This document shows, one piece after another, positions 56,019 to 64,000 of a stretch of DNA of 64,000 bases. The DNA is from an uncultured Trueperaceae bacterium. Lineage in GTDB: Bacteria > Deinococcota > Deinococci > Deinococcales > Trueperaceae. The stretch is from positions 384,001 through 448,000 of the forward strand of contig CAVSGP010000009.1 of assembly GCA_963727505.1 (NCBI GenBank). Direction: 5' to 3'. Numbering within the stretch: the first letter of the stretch is position 1; every line of letters begins with the position of its first letter. Under the pieces are notes generated by a model. The model was not told the origin of the DNA, ran no database searches, and worked only from the letters and a program-made list of their open reading frames with translations. The translations under genes and the position numbers were made by a program.

Positions 56019-56858
56019 TCAGCGCCTCAGGGCGTAGGGGCCGGACGCGTCCTCGCCGAGGTGCACGACCTTCATCTCGTGCATGAGCTTGGCCAGGTGC
56101 GCCAGTAGGCTGCGTTCGACCAGGGTGAAGGCGCTGTCGGGGAGCGACGGATAGATGCGCTGGCGAAGCTCGCCCAGGGTTTCGGCGCCGCCCGCGAGTG
56201 CGGTCACGACCTGGCGCTCGCGTTCGAGGCGGTGCGCGGCGCTGTCGGCGAGCTTCCGGTCCGCGTCGTGGACGAGCGGTCCGTGGCCGGGTCCGAGCAG
56301 ACGCGGCCGGAGCCCGCGAAGGCGCGCCAGCGACTCGAGGTAGGCGCTCACGTCGCCCTCCGGAAGTCCCACCCAGGTCGAGCCCTCGCCCGCTACCAGG
56401 TCGCCCAGGAGCAGCACGCCCTCCTCCGGCAGGAGGTAGCTCAGGTGGCCTGGGCTGTGGCCCGGGGTGTGCAGCGCGCGGACCACGACGTCGCCTACCG
56501 TGATGCGGCGGTCGTCGCCGAGGGGGACGATCCCTGCCGTCCCCTCCAGGCGGTCTGCCTCGAGCGGATGGACGTACACGGCGAGCGGGCCCTCGGCCTC
56601 GAGCAGGGCTCGCAGGCCGCCGACGTGGTCGGGGTGCGTGTGGGTGAGGAAGACCGCCTTGAGCAGGCGCACCCCGGCCGCGGCGAGCGCCGCGCGCGTG
56701 TCCCGCAGCGCGCCGGCGTCGGGTGAGCCGGGGTCGACCAGCGCACCTACGCTGCCCGAGACGATGAGGTAGCTGTTGACATGGTCGAACGGCGGCAGCG
56801 TGTCGCTCGGCAGCGGCAGGCGCCAGACATGCTCGGAGATGTGCTCAGCTTCGCTCAT
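56019..56858 (-). CDS. MBL-fold metallo-hydrolase (LACTB2-like with C-terminal wHTH)
   Basis: THTHPDHVGG, HTPGHSPGH, LGD, PGHG. Confidence 0.9.
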   Translation of the reverse strand: MSEAEHISEHVWRLPLPSDTLPPFDHVNSYLIVSGSVGALVDPGSPDAGALRDTRAALAAAGVRLLKAVFLTHTHPDHVGGLRALLEAEGPLAVYVHPLEADRLEGTAGIVPLGDDRRITVGDVVVRALHTPGHSPGHLSYLLPEEGVLLLGDLVAGEGSTWVGLPEGDVSAYLESLARLRGLRPRLLGPGHGPLVHDADRKLADSAAHRLERERQVVTALAGGAETLGELRQRIYPSLPDSAFTLVERSLLAHLAKLMHEMKVVHLGEDASGPYALRR

Positions 56859-56859
56859 G

Positions 56860-57828
56860 TCAGGGACTTCCGGCCGCAGGGTCCCGGCGCAGCCAGGCGG
56901 CGGCGGCCTCGAGGGCGTTCGCGGGAGCGGTCGGCTGGTCGGGGACGACCCCGCGGCCCTCCCAGGTAGGGCCGCCGATCGGTGCGAGCACGCCCGTGGC
57001 GATCCAGGCCTGCGACCCGTCGGCGAGGCAGAAGGGCAGCACGGCCTCCACGTTGCCGGCGCTGGTAGCGCCGAACACGGTGGCGCGGGCGCGTAGTTGG
57101 AGCGCTCCGGCCAGCCCCTCGGCGGCGCTGTTGACATCGCCGTCGATCAGCACGGCCAGGGGGAGCTGCGTCGCGACGGGACCGATGGCAGGGTAGGGAA
57201 GGGGCAGGGCCCAGCGCGTGACCACGCGCCATAGGAAGCCACGGGTGAAGAGACCGGCGATCTGCATCATGCTGACGAGACGCCCTCCCGGGTTGCCGCG
57301 CAGGTCGAGGACCAGCCCTCGGGCGCCCGCTGCTTGCAGCACCGTGACCGCGCTGCGAACATCGCCCACCACGCCGTCCGAGGCCAGGTCGGGAAGGCGC
57401 ACATAGCCGATGGAGCCGTCCAGCATCCGGTAGGTGACATGACCGTGCGTTTGGGCGGACTGGGCCATGCCGAACACGCCGAGGCAGGGAAGGTCGCCGT
57501 AGAGGCGATGGATCTCTGCCACGCGAGCGGGAGGCACGAAGACCGAGTGGCCGTCCTGGATGCGGCCGTACATGGCGACGAGCACCGCGTAGAAGGCGCT
57601 GTCGTCCTTGGCGGCGAGCGCTTGCGGCTCGTACTCCCGGCGCATCTGCTGCCAGTCGACCTTCAGCCCCCCGACGTCCCAGTAGCGCTGTTGGACGAGC
57701 GTCCAGGCGACGTCGAAGCGCTGCGCGTAGTCGTGCGGAGAGGCCGCCAGCGCCGCCGCGCCGAACGCCAGCCAGCTCAGGCAGGCGCCCAGGAGAACGG
57801 CCGCGAGGCCGCGCTCAGCTGCCCGCAC
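56860..57828 (-). CDS. S41 family peptidase, secreted, no PDZ domain
   Basis: Signal peptide, DGHS, IGYVRL, LVLDLRGNPGG, SAAE, GRGVVPD; start uncertain. Confidence 0.85.
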   Translation of the reverse strand: MRAAERGLAAVLLGACLSWLAFGAAALAASPHDYAQRFDVAWTLVQQRYWDVGGLKVDWQQMRREYEPQALAAKDDSAFYAVLVAMYGRIQDGHSVFVPPARVAEIHRLYGDLPCLGVFGMAQSAQTHGHVTYRMLDGSIGYVRLPDLASDGVVGDVRSAVTVLQAAGARGLVLDLRGNPGGRLVSMMQIAGLFTRGFLWRVVTRWALPLPYPAIGPVATQLPLAVLIDGDVNSAAEGLAGALQLRARATVFGATSAGNVEAVLPFCLADGSQAWIATGVLAPIGGPTWEGRGVVPDQPTAPANALEAAAAWLRRDPAAGSP

Positions 57829-58759
57829 CAGCGAAGGCCGTTGCGTGGCGCTCCAGCGTGTCGGCATCGATGATGACGCTCTGTGCGCCAACCTGGGTGG
57901 TGTTGAGTGCGCCGGCGACGTTCCCCATCCGGGCGGCCTCGAGCAGGTCGTAGCCCTTCATGATGGCGTGTGCGAAGGCGGCGGTGTAGTAGTCGCCTGC
58001 GCCGGTCGAGTCGATGACGCCGTCGATGTCGTACGCCTCGACCAGTTCCGTGAGCTCGGGCGTGATCACGATGCTGCCCATCGCACCGACCTTGACGATG
58101 AGCCGTTCGATGCCGTGACGGTTCAGCCCGGAGACGGCGTCGGAGATCGAGGACTCGCCCGTGAGTGTGTAGAGCTCGTGCTCGTTCATCAGGAGGTAGT
58201 CGACGTCACGGACCACCGTGATCAGACGGTCACGCAAGGCGTTCACGGCGCCGCTGCCGAGGTCGACGAAGGTGGTGACCTTGGCGTCGCGCGCGAACCC
58301 GAGTGCCTGTACGGCGTACTCGCGCTGCCGCCCGCCCACCAGGCTGTATGCGCTCATGACGAGGGCGTCCACCGAGCCGATGTCGTCCTTGCGGATCTCG
58401 GCGGAGTCCAGGTGACGGCTGGCGCCGGCAGCGCTGATCATGGTGCGCTGCGCGTCCGGCGTGATGATGAGGGTCACGCTGCTGGTCTGGAGGTGCTCGT
58501 CGACCTGGACCAGTGCGTCGTCCACGCCCGCCTCACGGACGTGCTTGAGGGCGAGTTCGGAGAAGGGCCCAGTGCCGACGCGCGTGGCGATACGCACCTC
58601 GTTGCCGAGGCGGCCCAGGACGGTGGCGATGGTGCCGCCCGCCCCTCCGGGCTCCATGACGGCACGCAGGGCGTTCACCTCACCTCCCGGTTCAGGGAAG
58701 TCCTTCACGAAGTACATCTGGTCGACGGTCGCATCGCCGACCACCACAAATCGTCCCAT
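57815..58759 (-). CDS. PfkB/ribokinase family carbohydrate kinase
   Basis: PGGAGG, MNEHE, KVGAMG, DSTGAGD; GGAG SD. Confidence 0.92.
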   Translation of the reverse strand: MGRFVVVGDATVDQMYFVKDFPEPGGEVNALRAVMEPGGAGGTIATVLGRLGNEVRIATRVGTGPFSELALKHVREAGVDDALVQVDEHLQTSSVTLIITPDAQRTMISAAGASRHLDSAEIRKDDIGSVDALVMSAYSLVGGRQREYAVQALGFARDAKVTTFVDLGSGAVNALRDRLITVVRDVDYLLMNEHELYTLTGESSISDAVSGLNRHGIERLIVKVGAMGSIVITPELTELVEAYDIDGVIDSTGAGDYYTAAFAHAIMKGYDLLEAARMGNVAGALNTTQVGAQSVIIDADTLERHATAFAGAGS

Positions 58760-58823
58760 GACTCTCCAGATCCATCGCTGGGATGGAGTCGCTTGTTCGC
58801 TTAGCGCAGTATACCGAATCGAC

Positions 58824-59690
58824 TCAAGGCGGGTCCTTCCTGTCTTGCACGACGCGCTTGAGTTCGCGAAAGGCGTCCAGGCCGAGCGCTTCGGCGCGGA
58901 CGCGGTCATCCATACCGAGCCGAAGGAGCGCCCCTTCCACCTTCTGGCGGGCGTGACCCGCCATCGTGAGGTTCTTCACCAGCGTCTTGCGTCGGTGCGC
59001 GAAGCAGGTGCGGATGAACGCGAACAGCTCGGGGTCGGTGCGCGTGCCGGCCCGAACGTCGATGCGTACGACGCTGGAGGTGACCTTGGGGGGCGGCAGG
59101 AACGCCCCTGGCGGGATCCGCCGCACCTGTCTGGCGGTCCCGAAGTGGCGCACCAGCAAGCTCAACGAGCCGTAGGCGGGCGTGCCGGGTCCGGCCGTCA
59201 GGCGCTCGGCGACCTCGCGCTGCACCAGGAACACCAGCCGCTGGAAACGAGCGGACTCCAGGGCGCGCGTCAGCACCGCGGTGGCCGCGTTGTAGGGCAG
59301 ATTGGCGACCAGCAGCGCACCTTCGGGGAGCGTGGCGAAGTCGAAGCGGGCGGCGTCCCCCTCGACCAGCTCCACGTTGGTGAGCCCGTGCAGCGTCTCG
59401 GCCAGCACGGGCTTCAGCCGACGATCGAGCTCCACACTGACGACCCGCCCGGCGCGCTGCGCCAGCGCCCGCGTGAGGACGCCCAGCCCCGGGCCCGCTT
59501 CGAACACGGTATCGGTAGGACCGACCTCGGCGGCATCGACGATGGCTCTCAGGGCAGAGGCGTCGACGAGGTAGTTCTGGCCGAATCCCTTGTCGGGGGT
59601 CAGGCCGTGGCGCCGAAGGAGTTCTTGGACGCGCGAGGGAGCCGTGAGGGGTAGCTCGGGACCGGCGGCAGGGTCGCCGCTGCCGCTCAC
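58824..59690 (-). CDS. rsmA: 16S rRNA adenine dimethyltransferase RsmA/KsgA
   Basis: KGFGQNYL, EAGPGLG, VANLPYN, QREVAERL, FLPPPKVTS, RRKTL. Confidence 0.95.
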   Translation of the reverse strand: MSGSGDPAAGPELPLTAPSRVQELLRRHGLTPDKGFGQNYLVDASALRAIVDAAEVGPTDTVFEAGPGLGVLTRALAQRAGRVVSVELDRRLKPVLAETLHGLTNVELVEGDAARFDFATLPEGALLVANLPYNAATAVLTRALESARFQRLVFLVQREVAERLTAGPGTPAYGSLSLLVRHFGTARQVRRIPPGAFLPPPKVTSSVVRIDVRAGTRTDPELFAFIRTCFAHRRKTLVKNLTMAGHARQKVEGALLRLGMDDRVRAEALGLDAFRELKRVVQDRKDPP

Positions 59691-59720
59691 GGGACCTTCT
59701 CGGTCACGGCCTGGGCAGGC

Positions 59721-60212
59721 TCATGCGATGCGTTCGGCGATGAACGCCTCGAGCTGGCTCGAAGCCTCGGCGAGCGAGAGTTTCTGTACGACGGCGAGCT
59801 CGCTCGAAAGCATGTTCTTAGCGCTCTCCAGGACCTCGCGCTCGGTGGCCGCTAGGCCTTTCTCGATGTCACGCTTCGAAAGGACGCCGATCAGCCGCGA
59901 CAGGTCGTAGGCGCTGCCGCCGGCGAGGATGTCCTGCTCGGCGCGGTAGCGGGGCGGCCACTGGGTCGGCAGGGAGAGGTCGGCCTTGGCGAGCGCCTCG
60001 TACACCTGGTCGATCTCATCACGGCCGACGGTGTGCCGGAGGCCGACGTCCTGCCCCTTGCGAAGAGGCACCAGGACCTCCATGTCGCCCCGAACGAAGA
60101 CGATCTTAAGGTACTTCTGGGTTTCCCCGAGGATTTCCCGCGTCGTCATCTCCTCGACGACGCCCGCCCCCTGCGAGGGGTAGACCACGTTGTCACCGAC
60201 CTGGAATGTCAC
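59721..60212 (-). CDS. Second CarD family regulator
   Basis: FQVGDNVVYPSQGAG, VLVP, VGLR, TQWPPRYR, MLSSELA. Confidence 0.9.
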   Translation of the reverse strand: MTFQVGDNVVYPSQGAGVVEEMTTREILGETQKYLKIVFVRGDMEVLVPLRKGQDVGLRHTVGRDEIDQVYEALAKADLSLPTQWPPRYRAEQDILAGGSAYDLSRLIGVLSKRDIEKGLAATEREVLESAKNMLSSELAVVQKLSLAEASSQLEAFIAERIA

Positions 60213-60280
60213 AGTGGGGCAACGTTACCATAGCCGCTTCGAAGCCGGAGTACGGGGCTGTACGACCGTTCGCGCAGACT

Positions 60281-62308
60281 TCAGGCGCGCGCCGGGCCTG
60301 CTCTTCCGGGCAGCGTGGCGACGCGCACGCGCTTCCCTTCGAGGCGGGCCTCGATCTCGTGGATGCGGTCACGGATCCGCGCGGCCCGTTCGAAGTCGAG
60401 GTCCTCCGACGCCTTCCACATCTCGGTCTCGAGCTGCGCCAGCTCCTGCTTGAGGTCGTCGAAGAGCAGCTCGCGCTCCCAGGGATCGAGGTCCGGCGCC
60501 TTGCCCTCTTCGTCCACCTCCTCGCCGCGGATCACCTCGTGGATGCGCTTGCGGATCGTCTCCGGCGTGATGCCGTGGAGCTCGTTGAACGCGAGCTGCT
60601 TGTCGCGGCGGCGGTTGGTCTCGTCGATCGCACCCCGCATCGCGTCGCTGACCTCGTCGGCGTAGAGGAAGACCTCGCCGTTGACGTTGCGGGCCGCCCG
60701 GCCGATGGTCTGGATGAGCGAGCGCTCGCTCCGCAGGAAGCCGGCCTTGTCGGCGTCGAGGATGGTGACGAGGCTCACCTCGGGCAGATCGAGCCCCTCG
60801 CGGAGCAGGTTGATGCCGACCAGCACGTCGAAGTGTCCCAGCCGAAGGTCGCGGATGATCACCTGGCGTTCGACCGCGTCGATGTCGGAGTGCATGTAAC
60901 GCACGCGCACCCCCTGCTCGGCCAGGTACTCCGTGAGGTCCTCGGACATCTTCTTCGTGAGGGTGGTGACGAGCACGCGTTCGGACTGTTTGGCTCGCTC
61001 GCGTACGGCGAACACCAGGTCGTCGATCTGGCCGCGGCTGGGTTTGACGGTGATCTTGGGGTCGACCAGGCCGGTCGGGCGGATGACCTGTTCGACCGTC
61101 TTGTCACTGAGGCGCGCCTCCTGGTCGGCGGGGGTGGCGGAGACGAACACCACCTGCCCGACCCGCGAGAAGAACTCCTCCTCCTTGAGAGGCCGGTTGT
61201 CCAGCGCGGCGGGAAGCCGGAAGCCGTAATCCACCAGCGTCTGCTTGCGTGCGCGGTCGCCGTTGTACATGCCGCGGATCTGCGGCACCATCACGTGGGA
61301 CTCGTCCAGGAAGGTGATGAAATCGTCGGGGAAATAGTCGAGCAGCGTGTTGGGCGGCTCGCCGGGCTTGCGCCCTTCGAGGTAGCGCGAGTAGTTCTCG
61401 ATCCCGCTGCAGTACCCGAGCGTGCGAAGCATCTCCAGGTCGTAGAGGGTGCGCTCGCGCAGCCGCTGTGCCTCGACCAGCTTGCCCGCCTTCTCGAACA
61501 GGGCCAACCGCACGTGCAGGTCGGCTTCGATCTGCTCCACGGCCGGCTGGAGCTTCTCGAACGGGGTCACGTAGTGCTTGGCGGGGAACACCATGGTCTT
61601 GTCGAGCTCGCCCGTCTCGTCCCCCGTGACCGGGTCGAGCATGGTGAGGCGGTCGATGTCGTCGCCCCACAGCTCGACGCGAAGGGGTTGCTCCTCGTAC
61701 GCCGCCCATACCTCGATGACGTCGCCCCGGGCGCGGAAGCGGCCGGGAGCGAGCTCGATGTCGTTGCGCTCGTACTGCTGCGTGACCAGCGTCTCCAGGA
61801 TGGCGTCGCGGCCGACGCCCCGACCGACCTCCAGGATGAGGTGGAGCCGCTGGTACTCGTCGGGCGAACCCAGGCCGTAGATCGCCGATACCGAGGCCAC
61901 CACGATGACGTCATTGCGGGTCAGCAGGCTGCGGGTGGTGGAGTGGCGCAACCTCTCCAGCTCCATGTTGATGTTGGCGTCCTTCTCGATGAAGAGGTCG
62001 CGCGCCGGGACGTACGCCTCGGGCTGGTAATAGTCGTAGTAGCTGATGAAGAACTCGACCGCCGCGGTGGGGAAATAATCCCGGAACTCGGCGGCGAGCT
62101 GGGCGGTGAGGATCTTGTTGGGCGCGAGGATCAGCGCCGGGCGTTGCACGCGCTCGATGATCTTGGCCATCGAGAAGGTCTTGCCGGTACCTGTCGCCCC
62201 CAGCAGCGTCTGGAAGCGGAGCCCGTCGCCAAGCCCTTCGGTGATGCCTTCGATGGCCTGCGGCTGGTCGCCCCGCGGCTCGTAGGGGGAGTGCACGTCG
62301 AGCGGCAT
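60281..62308 (-). CDS. uvrB: Excinuclease ABC subunit B
   Basis: [47 protein letters not shown]-terminal UVR domain. Confidence 0.98.
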   Translation of the reverse strand: MPLDVHSPYEPRGDQPQAIEGITEGLGDGLRFQTLLGATGTGKTFSMAKIIERVQRPALILAPNKILTAQLAAEFRDYFPTAAVEFFISYYDYYQPEAYVPARDLFIEKDANINMELERLRHSTTRSLLTRNDVIVVASVSAIYGLGSPDEYQRLHLILEVGRGVGRDAILETLVTQQYERNDIELAPGRFRARGDVIEVWAAYEEQPLRVELWGDDIDRLTMLDPVTGDETGELDKTMVFPAKHYVTPFEKLQPAVEQIEADLHVRLALFEKAGKLVEAQRLRERTLYDLEMLRTLGYCSGIENYSRYLEGRKPGEPPNTLLDYFPDDFITFLDESHVMVPQIRGMYNGDRARKQTLVDYGFRLPAALDNRPLKEEEFFSRVGQVVFVSATPADQEARLSDKTVEQVIRPTGLVDPKITVKPSRGQIDDLVFAVRERAKQSERVLVTTLTKKMSEDLTEYLAEQGVRVRYMHSDIDAVERQVIIRDLRLGHFDVLVGINLLREGLDLPEVSLVTILDADKAGFLRSERSLIQTIGRAARNVNGEVFLYADEVSDAMRGAIDETNRRRDKQLAFNELHGITPETIRKRIHEVIRGEEVDEEGKAPDLDPWERELLFDDLKQELAQLETEMWKASEDLDFERAARIRDRIHEIEARLEGKRVRVATLPGRAGPARA

Positions 62309-62386
62309 GTCCTCATAGTCTAAGGTACGTTCCCGACCGCCGAGCGCGTGGAGCCGACGTGAACCCGCCCCGGCCGCGGGCGTCGC

Positions 62387-64000
62387 TCAGACCGCGGCCG
62401 GCGCCACGTCGAACGACCGGAACTGGCGCTCGAACAGCTCGCGATAGAGTCCGCCCTCGGCCAGCAGAGCCTCGTGCGTGCCGCGTTGCACGATGCGCCC
62501 TCCGTCCATGACCAGGAGCGTGTCGGCCCCCTTCACGGTCGACAACCGGTGAGCGATCACGAACGTGGTGCGTCCCACCATCAGTCGTTCCAGGGCTGCC
62601 TGCACCAGCGCCTCCGATTCGCTGTCGAGCGAGCTCGTGGCCTCGTCCAGGATCAGGATGCGCGGATCCTTGAGCAGCGCACGGGCGATGGCCACCCGCT
62701 GACGCTGGCCACCCGACAGCTTCACCCCGCGCTCGCCGACGAGCGTGGCGTATCCGTCGGGGAAGGCGCTGATGAACCCTTCGGCGTTGGCTGCGCGAGC
62801 GGCCTCCGCCACCTCCTCGTCGTCGGCGCCGGGCCGGCCGTAGCGGATGTTGTCGGCGACGGTCCCCGAGAAGAGCTGCGTCTCCTGCGGCACGATGCCG
62901 ATGTGTCCGCGCAGCTCTCGGGTCGGTAGCCTCCGCAGGTCGACGTCGTCCAGCAGGATGCGCCCGTCGATAGGGTCGAAGAAGCGCGGGATCAGCGACA
63001 CCAGGGTGCTCTTGCCGGCACCGCTGGGACCGACCAGCGCGATCACCCGCCCCGGCTCGGCCTCGAGGTCGACGCCGTCGAGCACCGGTGCGTCGCCGCG
63101 GTCGCCGTAGTGGAAGCGCACGCCCTCGAAGCGCACCGCGCCAACGGGCGCCGCGAGGTGGATCGGCATCGCGGGCTCGGGCAGGTCGCTGTCGGTGTCG
63201 AGCAGCTCGAAGATGCGCTTGGAGGCACCCAGGGCCTCCTGGAGCTGCGAGTAGAGGCCGGTGAAGGAGCCGATGGAGCCCGCCACGAAGACCGTGATGA
63301 GCAGGAAGGCGATGAGGTCGCCGCCCTGCAACGAGCCCTGCAGCACCAGGTGGCCCCCGTACCAGAGCACCACGCCGATACCCGTGAACATCGCCAGGAT
63401 GACGGTCGGCACGAACAGCGCGCGGACGCGCAAGCGCTTGAGCGCCAGGGCGTAGGAGAGATCGATGCCTGCGCCGTAGCGCCGCCGCTCGACGTCCTCG
63501 GCGGTGAAGGACTTGACCACCCGAACCCCTTGGATCGCTTCCTCGGCGCTGGCGTTGGCGTCGCCGACGGCGTCCTGGAAGCGGGTGCTGATGCGCCTCA
63601 GCTGGCGCCCGAAGTAGGCGGCGGCCAGCACCACGGCGGGGACGATGGCGAGCATGACCAGGGTGAGCTTGAAGTTCAGCACCAGCAGCACGATCACGCC
63701 GCCCACCAGGGTGATGAGCTGGTTGACGAACTGTGCGAGGGCCTGGGACACCGCGTTCTGGACGGTGCTGATGTCGGACGTGAGACGCGAGGTGATCTCG
63801 CCCGTCTTGCGCTCCTCGAAGAAGCGGACAGACAGGTCGATCAGGTGGCCGAAGAGCGTCTTGCGCAGGTCTGCCACCAGGGCCTCGCCCACCAGGCCGA
63901 GGTTGTAGGTGCGCACGTAGTTGAACACCGCCTGCATCGCGAACAGGCCGAACAACAGTGCGGCGATGCTGTTGAGGCCCGCGGCGCTGCGCTGCCCACC
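62387..64000 (-). CDS. ABC transporter ATP-binding/permease (MsbA-like exporter), 5' end outside the window
   Basis: TM domain plus GPSGAGKST, LSGGQRQR, ILDEATSSLD, IAHRLST. Confidence 0.93.
   Translation of the reverse strand, partial: GGQRSAAGLNSIAALLFGLFAMQAVFNYVRTYNLGLVGEALVADLRKTLFGHLIDLSVRFFEERKTGEITSRLTSDISTVQNAVSQALAQFVNQLITLVGGVIVLLVLNFKLTLVMLAIVPAVVLAAAYFGRQLRRISTRFQDAVGDANASAEEAIQGVRVVKSFTAEDVERRRYGAGIDLSYALALKRLRVRALFVPTVILAMFTGIGVVLWYGGHLVLQGSLQGGDLIAFLLITVFVAGSIGSFTGLYSQLQEALGASKRIFELLDTDSDLPEPAMPIHLAAPVGAVRFEGVRFHYGDRGDAPVLDGVDLEAEPGRVIALVGPSGAGKSTLVSLIPRFFDPIDGRILLDDVDLRRLPTRELRGHIGIVPQETQLFSGTVADNIRYGRPGADDEEVAEAARAANAEGFISAFPDGYATLVGERGVKLSGGQRQRVAIARALLKDPRILILDEATSSLDSESEALVQAALERLMVGRTTFVIAHRLSTVKGADTLLVMDGGRIVQRGTHEALLAEGGLYRELFERQFRSFDVAPAAV

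Noticed and set aside
62309..62386. RDRM (DdrO box) or SOS box upstream of uvrB
   Set aside because: I could not find a convincing palindrome; only a TAGACT -10 box is evident.

Overview
High-GC, gene-dense core chromosome segment from a Deinococcota bacterium, probably Trueperaceae-like (inferred from the Thermus-type L33, CarD and SdrP-like sequences, the large beta' insertion in RpoC, and pervasive leaderless genes). It holds a cobalamin/iron-type ABC importer, sqdB-sqdX sulfolipid genes, a DUF1998 helicase, a tatAC-aroF-ferredoxin operon, the tRNA-tuf-rpmG-secE-nusG-rplKAJL-rpoBC cluster, two carD paralogs, groESL (CIRCE plus a HAIR-like site), gpmI, recF-DUF721, sufSU, divIVA-yggS-punA, bamA, a CRP-family gene, ychF, thrC, rsmA and uvrB. 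I saw no mobile element, prophage or CRISPR array. The most striking unexplained signal is two sharply bounded, gene-sized tracts (tuf and sqdB) with extreme G+T enrichment on the + strand although they are coded on opposite strands, which suggests a localized strand-asymmetric mutational process, possibly tied to gene duplication/conversion. Other items: a +1 frameshift in tuf, two candidate leaderless uORFs coupled to carD and thrC, and unusual RpoB switch-region residues. All calls come from reading the sequence; no searches were run.
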